A stretch of 64,000 nucleotides of DNA from the NCBI GenBank assembly GCA_012295275.1, contig CM022672.1, forward strand, positions 19,034,001 to 19,098,000, read 5' to 3'. The notes under the pieces were generated by a model, which had not been told where the DNA came from, made no database searches, and worked only from the letters and a program-made list of their open reading frames with translations. This DNA comes from Chrysomallon squamiferum. Lineage: Eukaryota; Animalia; Mollusca. Position numbers and translations under genes: made by a program. How positions within the stretch are numbered: position 1 is the first letter of the stretch; every line of letters starts with the position of its first letter. Of the stretch, positions 1 through 15,775 are shown in pieces.

Positions 1-97
1 AAATAATAAAAATAATGATTACGTATAATTATGTGATTGAAATACGCCCCCAACACACACACACACACACACACACAGACATACATGCATACAGTGA

Positions 98-176
<79 letters not shown>

Positions 177-727
177 AACAGTCGAAATAAGCATATATTA
201 AAGTTATTTCAGTGTTTAATAAAGTAATAAAAATAAGCCGAAAAACCAAACCTCGATGTTCTCCCAAAGCCATCTGTTTTTTGTAATAATATCTAACTTC
301 GTAGACTTCGTAAATTTACAGAGATAGGCAGATAGACAAAAAGAACCAAAAACAGTCTCAGAATAATTTGTTTCAGATTTTTAAAAGTCTTTTGCATATT
401 ATATCAGAAGAAAAATATATATGAAAGCAATATTTCATTTTTATTATTATTAGGTTTTGAAACTTAAATGTGCATAAATAAATTTAATTTATTTTCATTT
501 ATCTATGTGCATTTCAGTTATCACCAATCCTCATTCCAGAAATGCACAGATATAAGAACATTCAAGGAACTCTACGATGAATGCGGTGTATGGCTATGGC
601 GTGCTTTCTGTAACTGAATAATAAATTAACCGAAAAGGCATCCATTTTTTTCCCCCCAGATAACGCTTAGAGTAAAGTCTATATTAAAACTATTCTCGTT
701 TAAACCAAATAGATTACGATCTATCTG

Positions 728-903
<176 letters not shown>

Positions 904-3620
904 TCTGACGTTCTCGTTTTACTACGGTAAACACTGCAACAAAGTTCATAAAATAATATAATAATCTCAACCACACCCAGTAGTAAAATTGCTGCTGTTT
1001 TATTTTATTATAAAACTTATTATACGGTATCAGCAAAACTGAAAAGCTGTCAAATAAAAAAGTGGGGAGTTACCAAAAACGTTCGACCTCTGTCACCAGC
1101 AACTACTATTCGGGAGCACGATAATTAATATTTATAGCTCGTTTTCAGCTCATTAAAATAAAATAAACTGAAGCTTTCGTTTTAAAATTGAAACCCGATA
1201 CCGAAATTGTTGGCTTGGCAATCCTATTTGTTAAAATTTGTCATGTTAATTATTGCTGCCAGTGTAGCTGTTGCTGAGTTTGTAGTTCTTTGCGGTGATT
1301 TACAGAGCCCGAGTCTCTATTATCCTGACCCCTCGGTCTCGAGACGTGTACCGCGTTTCACGAGAAGTAGCGAAACCCGCCCATTTCAGTCGTTAGAAGT
1401 TAATTGAAGGTATTCATACAAAGTGCTTCCAGGTGGTGCCACTGAAATTAGGATGAAGTGGAGGCTAAAATACAGCCCGAGTTAATCCCAACAAACAGAA
1501 GACGATTTCAGACTCACAAATAATGTGTCGGCAGTGTCACCGTGTACATCATGGAATCGTCTTTCTCAGAAAAGACTGAAAAAAAAAAAATAATCACCAG
1601 TCTTGAAAATATTTCGTATGGCTGTCTGTTTTTGTTTGTTTGTCGATTTGTCTGTCTCTATGAACGTATGGGTGTCTATTAGTCTCTGTTCTATGAGTGT
1701 TTGTTTTTGTTTTGTGACTGTGTCTGTCTGTATGTATTTCCACTCACTGAATGAGTGTGCGTCTGTTGTACGAATATGTATTTATATGTTTGTGTCTGTG
1801 TTGTGTTTTACTGTATGTTTCTGTATTTTACTGTATGTTTTACTGTAATGAGTGTGTGACTGACTACATGTATATATGTTTGTTCTCTGAATGAGTATCT
1901 GTGTGTGTGTGAGGCTTTTCATTAAATATGTGTTTCTCTCTGTATGTTTTACCTTGCCTTTCTCAACTTTGTTTTTCTTTTTTCCCTCTTTCTTTATTTT
2001 CTCTTCTTTCTTCTTTCTACATATTATTTCCCAACCATCGCTCTCTCTGTCAGTAAACCAAAAAAAACAAAAACAACAAAAAAACAATAAAAGCAAACAA
2101 AAAACCTACAGAAATATAAACACCATATGCATGTATACAAATATATTACAATCACGCACAAAAACTCTTCTGCATACACATATCTAAACAGGCTTTTAAC
2201 ATTCATTCAAAGATGATGGGTCTTTGTCAACGACGATCTCTGGTAGCGATAACGAATGTTCTGGATCACATAATCGTCTGATACGAGTACATATCATCTA
2301 CACACTTTATTTTTTTTATTCTTTTTTTTTTAAAAGCAACAAATTCAAGCTCAGTCCTCGCCTGTTTCACATAGGCGCCAGTGCCACGCCTTCTCTTATT
2401 CAGAACAACATCGGGACACAACTGCGACTCTTTGATGTTAATGAGAAAGCCCCTATGGGTTTTAGCACCTTACAAAACGGGAATTAACTTTTTGTCAGAT
2501 CATTAAACACACAACGAGTCTCATATTCGTACCCGTATCAACAAATTAAGTAGATGTCAGGAGAGGAAAACACCAAAATGGAGATTATCTTTTTTTATTT
2601 TTTTCTGGGGTTTTTTAATTTAATTTAATTTTTATTTTTTGTTTTGTTTTCTTTCTTTCTTTATTTTCTTTATTATTGTTTTGTTTTTCTTTCTTTCTTT
2701 GTTTATTTATTTATTTATTTTTGTTTGTTTTGTTTTTCTTTCTTTATTTTTATTGGTATATATTTTTTTTTATCTAACAGGATAGCCGATCCTATGTTTT
2801 GTTGTTTTTGAAATATAAGTTTTCGACGAAACAAACTACCACTAGCTTCGACGTCTGAGTGACCTTTGACACGACCGGAAGCGGAAATATCTGTTCTGTC
2901 GCAACCATCTGTCGTATTTACGTAATACTGCGAAACAGTGGCTGTTAGTATGGAGTGCACTGTGTTACCTTTTCAGACTTGAAGGTTTCAGATAAAATTC
3001 AGACGGCTACGAAAAGATTACATTTTTTTTTTTTTTTTTTTTTTGATTCTGTCAGTTGTCGGATAGATAATTAAACAAAAGTCAACCTGGTAAGGAATAG
3101 AGAACAAAATACTTAGGATATTACATGAAAAACATCGTTTAATCAGACTACTTGGCGACAAGAACGTAATAACAGCAAAAAGTAATCCTGTTTTCTCAAT
3201 AGAGTATAACACTTTTATTAGCACATATTTACAAAGTAATTCCTTGCACGACTGCTCGAATAATAACACTTTTTAAATTGTGAAATAAAATATAACAAAA
3301 AAAATGTTATTAAAATTAATGTACGAAATGTTTTTATCTTTTTGTTGTTTAATTTGCTTCTATTTTTTTTTTTTTTTTTTTTTGTATATTTGTTCTTTTC
3401 CTCTTTTTATATTATTATTATTTGTTTTAATTGTTTCATTTATTTATACATTTTATTTATTTATTTATTTATAATAATAATAATAAGAAGAAGAAGAAGT
3501 AAAAGAATAATTATAATAAATAAATAAATAAATAAATAAAATTTATTCAGAACTTTTTGTTTGTTTTGTTTTTTGTGAATCAACCTTATCCCGTTTTAAT
3601 AGTTGTTTAATGCCTCGAGC

Positions 3621-3810
<190 letters not shown>

Positions 3811-5052
3811 AATGTTTAAATCACGTTAGCGTATTTCGCCGTGTATTTCACACCACGGTTCAGTTACACAGAGTTTTGGGGCCTCCAGAAGCCCGCTACC
3901 GCGAGAGCCTGCAGTACAATACAAAACTAACAGATGCTGTATTCTAAGAGCGGAGTGAATGGGGCGGTATCACATCTCATCTTACACACATTAAATCCCA
4001 TTTGAAAACGAGTTAGCCTGTGTAAACAAACAGAGTGACGGTTCATTAGCACAGAGGGCGGGTCGGTGGCGGCGCGTGCGGGAGCCATCAAAAGTGGGAA
4101 TGGAAGCGAACCCGGCATTTGGGATTGTGTTCATCAAACATAAGACTACGTAATAGGAAAGAGAAGATTTGAAAAAAAAAAAAAAATAAAATACAATAAA
4201 ATAAAACCGCAAGAGAGAGAGAGAAAAAAAGAAAAAAACCAAAAAAAAAAAAACCACCTAAAATAACCTTTACCCGACACCAGCTTACAAATTAACAGCG
4301 CTGCAATATCGCTGGACAAATTTGGCTACAGCCGAAGTTAATTCTGCAAAAACGATGCCAGTTTTAATTTGACGTCCTGTCTGTTTCACGTGAGAGCAAC
4401 ATTTAAACTGATTAACAGCCCGCGACCTCACCTTCGTATGTCCCGTTTTTCGGCGAATGTTGGAAATTAGCCCACGTTACGTATAATTGCTGGTTAAACA
4501 TTTTAATTACGGCCCTGAGTTTGAGCACGGTGGTGTCGAATAAACCGAAAGATATATAGTTTCCTCACGCCATATGTAGCGTTACGTTTTAAAAACACAC
4601 ACACACACACACACAAACACGCTTATTTCACAGAAGCATGTTGTGCTGCTGCTCTCGTTCGTCTTGCTTCAGTGAATCAAAGAGTAACGACTAATTTTAA
4701 AGATTACAAAGAAAAACAACAACAACAGTGTTGTTTGTGTCTGTCGGTGTTTATATTATATCAGTTGTCTTAGTCACATATAAACCAATTTATTCTGTTT
4801 TCGTGGAGATAAAAAAAGTATAAACTTCTGTATTAAGTATTAAAATTCTAAGAGTAATGAAAACAGAAACAAAATTTCGACAACAGCAACAACAACATCA
4901 ATAAAGAAAGAAAGAAACGTACTATGAAAGCTACTCGTATTTAAAACAGTACTATTGTTACTTCTTTTCTTTCTATTTCTCTGGTGTTGTTACTTTAATT
5001 ACTGTTAGAAAAATAACTATAACACCATGACAACAAACACATCATCATTATC

Positions 5053-5087
<35 letters not shown>

Positions 5088-5866
5088 ATTATTATTATTA
5101 TTATTACTATTATTAGTAGTATTATTATTACTATTATTATTATAATTATTATTATTATTATTATTAATTATGTAATAGTAGTAGCAGCAGCAGCAGCAGT
5201 AGTAGTAACTATTCTAGTAGCTGTAGTTTTAGTGATAGCAATACTAAAAGTAGTAATGATACCAGAAGCAAAACTAGTACCAGCAATTGTTACGATACAA
5301 ATAGTAATGACGGCACCAGTAGTAGCAAACTGCACTATGGTAGTAACCGAAGAAGCAGCAGCAAATAATATACCACATAGTAGTTGTTGCAGTTGCAGTA
5401 ATTTGCAGTGACAGTGGTAGCAGTTGTTTCACGTAAGGTCTCTTAAAAGACTCGGAGAATTAGAGTGAAATTGAAAAATGTGTCGGCGGGTGCCAGCGAA
5501 ACGTTTCGCTACTCGCAACAAGCAAAGTCGCAGTTCTGCTGCTCAAGTGTCATCTGTTTCGAATAAGGCTGCCACATTTTCTAAGTTATTGGTGGCTTGT
5601 TGATTGCTCTTTTAATCAGCATGTTCGTGAACTGGTTTTCTTAAAGAGTTGCCCATTACTAGAAAACTCTTGAAGTAACAAAACGGAAATTACTGACTAA
5701 TTGACTGCTTATGAGATTCTAAAGAACTCGTCTTGCTCGAGACAATTTTCATCACGTGCAAGTAAGCACCACGCTTAATAGCCTTTTGTGGTTCAGAATG
5801 TGCGTAATAATCTGCTACGTGAAGACCCGGTGGAGGAATTTAAATCAGAATTTAAATTTATTTGTT

Positions 5867-5980
<114 letters not shown>

Positions 5981-7562
5981 TTGTACATGGTTATTTATTT
6001 GTTTATTTGTTCAGGTTATATTCTCAAGTTTGTTTGTTTTTACAAATAACTAAATAACAAAGATATTTAAATGTAAGCAAATTTATGTTAAAATATTAAT
6101 TATTTTAAATTTAAAACGTAAATAAGAAGTTTAATTCGTTTGCAAATCTAAATATATAAATATATATCATTTTTTTTTTTTTTCGTCACGTGGTCTTAAA
6201 ATACAAACATACGCAAATACTACTCCGATGAAATTACGTTACAAAGATACAACAAACACACACAACAATTTGAAAGTTCCGGGACTCTTGTTTTAGCTGA
6301 AGTTTAGCACATTAACCGACTGATGAACTAAAACCAGCCTTTGGCATGTATCCATGTTTTAAAATGAAATTAAATATATTTTAATTAATTTAAAAAAAAA
6401 ATTTTAAAAAAATAAAAAAAAAAAAAAAAAAACGAGGAAAGATGTTTTTTTCTTTTCCGTTTTTTAATATTTATTTCGTGTCTCTCAGAGTTTGTTTATT
6501 TAACTCTCTTTAAGTTTATCTTTCAATTATACTGCAACAGTTTCCGTTTACTACTGGAAACAGTTTTAGAGATAACTGATTTAATAAGTGTAACCAATGA
6601 GAAAAAGCATTTCCAGAATTCCGAATTAGACAGACATGTTAATGAAATTTTTTATAAGTTTAAGCTGTTTGATGATGAATCAATAAGTCGACATCACAGC
6701 TGAACGCATCTTTATTTACATTCGTATTACCTACGAAAATTCAACGCTTTTAAACAACAACAAAAAAAAGCCCCAACTGGTCGGGTTAGTACGTTAGTAT
6801 TTTTTTTAAAATTTCGGTGCGTAAAGATGACGCAGTTGGTTGTCTTCTTCGTGTAATCAACTCTGTGTATACACCCAGTCTTTGGTCCAACGTAGAGTTT
6901 ATCTACTTCCATCAGCTGTCCGCAGTAGCTCAATCCGCTTGCGAATAATTTAAAATTACGATATCAGTTTAAAGAGCTCGGCCACCACCACTCGAGCGAG
7001 ATAGGAAGTGACCTCGCTGACACCGAGGCTGAAGAGTTAAGTCAGGGAGAGCAATCGTATGAAGAAGAGGCACTGGCGGCGAGTCTATATCACAGACATG
7101 TCACAGTTGTTCACGTTTTAATGTGGGAACCTCGCCGGCAGTTCTGGAAGCGACATATTGACAGTTGTGTATAAATACAGCTCACCGTTTTAAATTAGCG
7201 TGTGTCTCTGTTAATAACTGTCTCTGAAAACGTGATTTAAGTGCAGTGGGAAAATGCAACATGAAAGTATGGAACAAACAACAACAACAGCAGCTTAATG
7301 TTTTTAAATATAATTTTGTTGTTAGCACTACTATTAATTCAGCCACTATCACTACTACTAGTATTACTAGCTCTAGTGTTGCTACTATTACTTCTATTTC
7401 TACTACTACAATTGTTGCTACTGATGCTAGTAGTTATATTATTATTAATACCTCTACTACTTCTGTTACTGATACTTAAACTAATATTAATGCCACTTTT
7501 AATACTAAAACTATTACTAACTCAACTATTGCAACTATCACCACAGCCACCAAAACCATTAT

Positions 7563-7624
<62 letters not shown>

Positions 7625-8630
7625 TACTACAATACTAGTTCACGATGGGATCATTGTAGTAATAATGTGCCGAGAAAGACTGTGATAGACACACTTCACA
7701 GTGCTGATGTTACTAATATTATTCATCTGTCCTTGAAACAAAACAAAATTTCAGTTTTCTTTTAACGAAAGTGTTCTTACCATGTATCACAACTGTACGA
7801 AGGAACAAAGTGTTATAGTGTCCTGATGAAAATTTTCGGTCGATTGTTTCACTTCAGTGAATTTTTCCTTCCTTGGAGACCATACCTAGTTTCCTTTCAC
7901 AATCACTATTTAAAAATTTAAAGAAAAAGAAAAAAGAGAAAGAAATTGTTATGTCATTATAATGGGTAAAGATCACACAAACAAATATTAACGGCTTTTT
8001 TTTTTTAAAGCATAGATATTTTATATGTTTCTTCTCAAAGCAACGTAAGCATTCATAATGGCCTATATGGAGTTAGTTTCTGGATCGGAAAAATTTCCAA
8101 AAATAAATGCGATGAGTATGGATCCTGAGGCAATCGTGTATAAGTCTTTATTGTGACTGATATAGCCTAACTTTCATGATGAAATGAATTTTATTGTGAT
8201 TAAAAGATTTAAAAAAAAAAAAAAAAAAAAAGAAATCTATCGGCAACAGTCTCATACAGATTTACTTTGTTATTTATATCACATTTATTTACATAATTAT
8301 TTGATTATGTTAATGCGTAACCTTGACTATAGTGTAATATAATATTTTATCAAACCTGTACATTATCAGCCTACTTACATTAGAAGCTAATTGTGGATGT
8401 TTGAAAGTAATTATAATGCACTTTTACATAAACTTTACCAGATTCTTGATGTGTTTCTTAACTAACAAAATGCACTGACCTCTAGACCTATTGAATTTCT
8501 CACATATTTTAGTGTACAGGATGATTTACGAAATCATACTGAAAGATAACGTACCTCAGCGAAAACTGTATAAGGCCCATAACTGGTGTAGGCCAAGTTG
8601 TGGGCCTTAATATCGAAATTATAGGTGTTA

Positions 8631-8778
<148 letters not shown>

Positions 8779-11340
8779 GCCACTGGCGTAGAGACATTCA
8801 TTGAATTGCACTTTCTGAAACGACAATCAGACGTCCAAATTTGTTTACAGGCTGTTGTCATTTGTCACCAGCTGTTTACACCGCAGTGCTTATCTGTTTC
8901 AATATTTATGTCCTAATTGTAATTAACAATCGTAAAGCAAAAATTCACATTGTTTATTTACGTTCTTTTTTTCCTTGTTTTATTTCAGACACCTCCCGGA
9001 AGACCAAAAAACCCGTGACAAAAGAAAACAAAATCAAGACAATTGTTTCTAAGACAAAAAAAAAGAAAGAAAAAGAATTCAGTCGGTGTAACGGAAACGT
9101 CACCGCGTCCCACGGTGAATCACGTTACTCAACAAAACCCACAGGACGCACCAGCGAACAAAACGCGAAGCGCCGCCATCTTTGTTCGTTCGACTGCCGC
9201 CATATTTCGATTGTCTGGCCGCCATGTCGGACTGTTGTTCCTCTTCAGGGGGAATAATCAAATAATCCAAACAGACCAGGCGGGTCTTGTAACACGCGAT
9301 TAGTGTAAACACAGTTTTCATTATAACCCAGTAACGGCAGTACAATGCGGGACAGTTTAGTTCTTTGTAATTAATTCAGAACTGGTGGAAGATCATGACA
9401 GACAATTAAGTTTTAATTATAAAAACTGTAACGTGATAAATTTCGTCAATTAAAGAAATTGGCCGGTCGAGACAGCGACTAACGTTATCTCCACTCGAAT
9501 CAAGCCACCCGAAGACCAGAAAATGATTTTGATTGGTTAAAATAAGGCTCTGGAGACTTAACGAAAGAGCTCGGCTCTTCGTACCAACGATCTGTATAAA
9601 CTAATAAAAGATAAGTAAACGAGAGATAAAATCACCCTTCTCCAGAGAATATACTTGTTTAATGTATTTTGAAGTGACACTTATTACAATATAAAAGTGT
9701 ATGTAGTCTTATATATAGTGATTTGAACTAAGCTTTGATTATTTTCTGTGGGTATATATATATATATAAAAACTTATTATAATGAAAGCCAGATCTCTTG
9801 GGTTATCTGAAAGTAATTCTGCAGTGTTTTTGTGTGTGTGTGTGGCTGTGAATTTCTGTATGAGTGTACGGCGATGTTAAAAACTAAAGCTCATACAGGC
9901 AACTTTTAATGATAAATGAAAATATCTTTTATTTTCTTCTCTTTCTTTAGTTTCTACTTTTCTGATTCCTCTCTTTTTTCTAATCTAAATCATACCTTGC
10001 TAAAACGAGTAAACAAATTTTAACTAAAATTAATCATTCTATATATTATTTATTTATTTATATATTTATCATCATCATCATCATCATCATCATCACGAGT
10101 GTAAATATTTTATTTAAAAGATTGGGATGATCATAATAAAACTACTGATACTTTCAAGAAGACGTCTGTGTTATTGATATTTTATTAATAATAATTCCAA
10201 ACCCTAAATTTTATTTATCTTCGATTTGAAAAAACAACAAAAAAACAAAAAAACAAACAAACCAAAAAAAAAAAAAAAAACAAAAAAACAAACAACAACA
10301 TTGCCTGGGAAAGTTAAAGAAATTTCGCTAACCAAAACGACTTTTTTCTCTTTCTCTCTAACTGTAACTAACTCATAGAGAATATTATCTTGTAATTCGT
10401 CTTATCACGTGACTTTTCTATTTTGATTGGTCGAGACATTCCTTTGATCAGATACCGCTCGCTCTTGCTGCCGGAGATAACGTTCCGCCTTCAAACAGGT
10501 TTGTCGCCAAAGAAAGAGATCGTAATTGAAAATCAGTACTTCACATGCCAGCAAAGTCTTTGAAACAATTCGCGACTCAACACATTGTTAATGATCAGAT
10601 AATTAGAAATTTGCCAGAGTGTCTATCACGGCCTTATCGTGAAGTTCGCTGACAGACGGTAGTTTCTTTTTCCAAGTCCACTAGTAGCCTCTTCCACTTA
10701 TGGTCGAGATATGTATAATTTGTATCCCATTTCCAACTTCGTCGGGTCATTACGACTTCAGAACCACCTTCCACAGTAAGCTAGAGATGCATTTAATCTC
10801 TCTTACTTCTGGCAATGAAACAGATCCGGCGACCGATCGTCTGCTCGATTGTGCGGTTGTTGTAATTCTCGTCTTCTGTTACAGAGCACCGCTGTTTACA
10901 CTCGACAGTCAGATAAAATCGTTACGGAGAAATAATTAATTAGTTATTATTTATGATTATAAAGCTGAACATTGTCAAATAAAGTAAATATAAGGACATT
11001 TTGAAAATCTAAAGAATGAAGGAAAAGGAAATGGTCTTTAAAAATCATGCAAATGTGTTAGATTCGTTGGAAGAAACTCTTATTCTGGTGAATATATCTG
11101 AAGAAGAAGACGAAAATCGAGAACACTAAAACCTAAGTTGTTCGGAATTCAAAGCACAACTAGCGAAAGGAGATATGTCCGTTAACATATTTTGTATGTA
11201 ATTATATTAAAACAGCGAAATTCCTTTGCCAAGATAAAACTATAATACTCCTAGTCAGCCGCCTCTGACATCTTGATTTATAAAAGTTACCAGCCATAGA
11301 AACTGCCTACTTCGAGAAACTTTGAGCATTAACGAATACT

Positions 11341-11523
11341 TTTCTCTGTCTCTGTCCTTCTCTTTCTCTCTTTATCTCTCTCTCTCTCGTTCTCTCTCTC
11401 TCTCACTCTCTCTCTCACTCTCTCTCTCGTTCTCTCTGTATCTCTAGTTCTCTCTCTCTCTCTCTTGTTTTCTGTCTCTGTGTCTCTTCTCTCTTTATCT
11501 CTCTTCCCCCTCCCTCTCTCTTG

Positions 11524-11601
<78 letters not shown>
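11341..11601. repeat. Degenerate then pure (TC)n polypyrimidine tract
   Basis: Read directly from the sequence. Confidence 0.93.
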
Positions 11602-11604
<3 letters not shown>

Positions 11605-13306
11605 CATTTCTCTCCCATTTATGTTTTCGTTCATACTTTCTTTTTCTCTCTGTTTATTTCTTTCTGCTTCTCAATCTCTTTTTCGTTCTTGAAGCTGGCT
11701 GATAGCAAACTTAAGGCGTTTATACGACTCAGAATAATTCTTTTCAGTGTATCCATTACACTGTTTCCTAAACGTAGTTTATCAAAAGCTGTCATGTCGT
11801 TTTACTGGGGATTTCTTATTTGTTTGTTTGGTTTTTTGTTGTTTTTGTTTTTTTGGACCACGTCAAGATGAATATAGAAAAAGCTTACTGATTAAACTTC
11901 AGACATAACTTATAATATGACACAAATGCGGTCTTGTTAAACAAATATATATTCATTCTTTCAGAATTCAAAACAAGTCCCACCAAGATGTAAATGATGT
12001 TAATACATATACTGTACATGGTTGTTTTTAAAATAGCCAAATTCCTCTGCTGGAAACTGTTACGACATTTTGAAATAATTGCTGAATCGTTTTCATATTC
12101 ATTTTAAATATTGTATATCTGATTTGTCTGACTCTCATCCAGAGATGGAAATGAGGCTATTTCTCTGCTTTCTTAGTTTCAAGTTTATGTCAAAAATCTG
12201 TACGAGCATAAAGTCAGAAACGTCGATTTGATTCTTTTCTCCGTTTCATGCTATTTAAAATTAACCTGTTTATTTTATACAACTGTCCTTGCACATTTAA
12301 CTCGGCTCTTATTCAAAACCTGTATATTACGTTAACTTCACCAAAATCATTAAATATCTGTTTGCTGAATGAATAGTTTCACATGGGGACATGTACCCTG
12401 GCATACTAGGAAGAATGCATTAAAATCACATACTGCAGGTTTGTACACACTGCAGTAGCTAGCTTGTGTACGATAGCTTATTTTTTAAATTCGACTCTCT
12501 TCGCCCCATTTACATGATCTTCTTCAGTTAGAAACTGTTATGAGTTATGATAGGCCTGTTATGTTAGGTAGTGGATAATTCAGTACCTCTATTTCCAAAA
12601 ACCTATTTTAAATCACTGTTCTAGCCATTCTCTGCAGTTTAGTAATTTTTTTTTTTTTTATTGTTTTGTGTCTCTCGCTGATTCTTTTTCAGTCTCTATA
12701 ACACTTTTTCTGAGCCTGTCACGCTGCTAATTCACTGTCTCCAATTCTCGCTGTCTCTCTCATTTAAACTCCGAAAAATCTGCACATTAAGAAAACGATA
12801 AACTAAATTTCAGTTCGTGTATTGGTTAGATTTAACGCATTCAGTCTTCTGATGGTTATTGTATTTTATCTCCAGATATTATCTGACTCCACATAAATAC
12901 GTTTGTTATTCTATAATGGCTAAAATATATGAATAAAGAACGCCATAAAAAAATAATAAGTAGGGAAAAAATATAGTGTTTTCTTTTTCAAATAGGTAAA
13001 TATCAAACATATTTTGAATGTGATGACTTTAAATTTGACGATGATGCTAAATGACACGAAACTGATACGTTGTTGTCAACGAAGAAGTCACAGTGGGACC
13101 CACTTAGGTGATTGCAATCTGTACACAGCATCATCAACGTGGGCGTCCACGTTTTGCGGATCGAATTTCACATAAAAATATGACTTCAAAGGGAGACAAC
13201 GTTTGACAAAGAGTACTGAATATCTTTTCAAGTTTATGTAATCAAAACCATCTTGATGTCCTGTTGGGTTAGAACCGTTTTGATGTTTTGGTCAAACCAG
13301 GCTGTT

Positions 13307-13439
<133 letters not shown>

Positions 13440-14298
13440 GTGTGTGTGTTTAGGTGTTTGAGTGTGTTCATATATCACATGTAATTCTCTTTCTCTCTGT
13501 CTGTCTCTCGCTCTCTCTCTCCAGTTATTTATATATTCCATATAGCTATTACATATCTTTTTTCATTGACTGTATTTGAAGAGACAAAGAGAGATTTCAG
13601 TTACTATTTAATTATCCGTATGTGTCACTAACAAAACATATTATAATTGGATGATTAAAATGCATTGCAACTAGATGAGTAAAGCGCATTATAGTTACAA
13701 CGTCTGTTATTTATGGTAATGAATCATTGTTCAAAAGTAGAGTAAAACGTGTTTACGAAGTAAGCACTCTCGTTTAGATTACCTTTGGGATGTTTTTGCT
13801 GCTGTTATAACTACTGCTGCTGCTACGACTACTGCGGCTTCGGCTGTCGTAACTGGTGCTACTATAAATAATAATATCAACAACAACAGCAACAACAACA
13901 ATAGTAGCAGCAGCAACAACAACAACAATAAAAATAATAATGAAAATAATACTCCCAGAACTACTACAACTACGACATGACCGGTATTACTTCTATCTCT
14001 ACTACTACAACGACAACTACTTCTACTACTACTATTACTACAACACTACCATTACTATAATTATTTTAATGTTAATCTTTAAATCTTTCTTTGTTTATTT
14101 CCTTCATCCACTTTCTGAATCTACAGCTTTTACCGTAAAATAAAAAAAAAATTAAAAAAATTCTGTTGTGTTTTTTTTTTTTAAAAGAGCTCTGGTTTCT
14201 ATTACCAAAATAAAACGTTTTGGGATTTGGTAGAACAAATTTAATTATACATCGACGATAAAATTAACACAGGTGAAGTGTCTTCCACACCCCTTATC

Positions 14299-14334
<36 letters not shown>

Positions 14335-15156
14335 ATTACGAAGAAGAAGTTTTCAGATTACTAATTTCACGAAATGAGTCGCATTATTATTTACGGAGGC
14401 AATCATCAGTGATTATTTTTAACAGAGCGAGCCGGTCTCATAGGGGCTGTTACAGTGTTATAAAATTACTTTTGTTAGAAAAATGCTTTTTGATTGGTTT
14501 GCTCGAACTGTTTTGGGCAATTTCCAACGAGCTCGCAAGAAACCATCGTACATCAATGACAGCGAAACGGTGTCGGAAAACGCAAAAGTGATGACTCCGA
14601 AAACACCTCTCGCGAAATTGGAGACCTCGCTAAACACCTACTGCACACCACAGAAAATTAACAGTGGTCCCGCATTAAAAATAACTGCTCCCTGTGCGCG
14701 TGCTTGTCACGCAACGTGCACACGTCACAAAATTGCCGTGCTGACGTGTATTCTGTCATACAGAGAGAGACAACAAAAAAAGAAAAAAAACCTACACTTT
14801 ACAGCCAACCTACTGCATTCAATAATTTACTCCTGATAGAATTGCGGCTGCAGCGCGTGATCGGGTGTACGTGTGAACCAATCAAAACGAAAGAGATATT
14901 CTCCGCAGAGCTCTCCGCGTTACTAATGATGTGGATGAAGATTTAGAGGACAATTAAAGTGCCGCAAAAAGTTTCCTGTACTTGAGATATAATAGTCGAC
15001 GATTAGCCCATAATTTACAACAAACGACTCGAATCTAAATTACTCCTGACACAAGCGGAGTTGGTTTCGTTTATGGCTCCGCGTTGGAAACGAAAACAAC
15101 ATAAAAATCACTTCCGGTGGTGAACCGTTCATTTTGGATCGTTTAAAGATGTTAGT

Positions 15157-15160
<4 letters not shown>

Positions 15161-15230
<70 letters not shown>

Positions 15231-15616
15231 TTCATTGTTGTTGTCTGACTGAAAGTCTTTATGGCAAACAAAAAAAAATAAAAACGCAGGTGTAATAATT
15301 ATTTTTTGGCAATATTTCTGAAATTATGTGTTTATGTGTTTTTGTATTTACCAGCCCTTCTATCTGTCTATCTATCTGTGTATCTAATTATCCAACCGTC
15401 TGTCTATCTATCTCTGTCTGTCTGTATCTCTGTCTGTCTATAGTCTATCTATCTGTCTGTATGTTTATCTATCTATATATCTGTCTCTCTATCTGTTTGT
15501 CTATATATTTGTCTTTCTACCTGTCTGTTTATCATTCTCTCTATCTATCCATCCATCCATCCATCCATCCATCCACCTATCTGTCTATCTGTCTGTCTGT
15601 TTGTCTGTCTGTCTAA

Positions 15617-15678
<62 letters not shown>

Positions 15679-15679
15679 C

Positions 15680-15770
<91 letters not shown>

Positions 15771-15775
15771 GTCTA
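15161..15775. repeat. (TG)n followed by compound (ATCT)/(GTCT)/(ATCC) tetranucleotide array
   Basis: Read directly from the sequence. Confidence 0.93.

Noticed and set aside
1081-1105. GTTCGA T-loop/B-box-like motif (tRNA/SINE)
   Set aside because: No T-stem pairing, A-box or cloverleaf visible.
1426-1441. CTCF-like CTTCCAGGTGGTGCCA
   Set aside because: Three mismatches at informative consensus positions.
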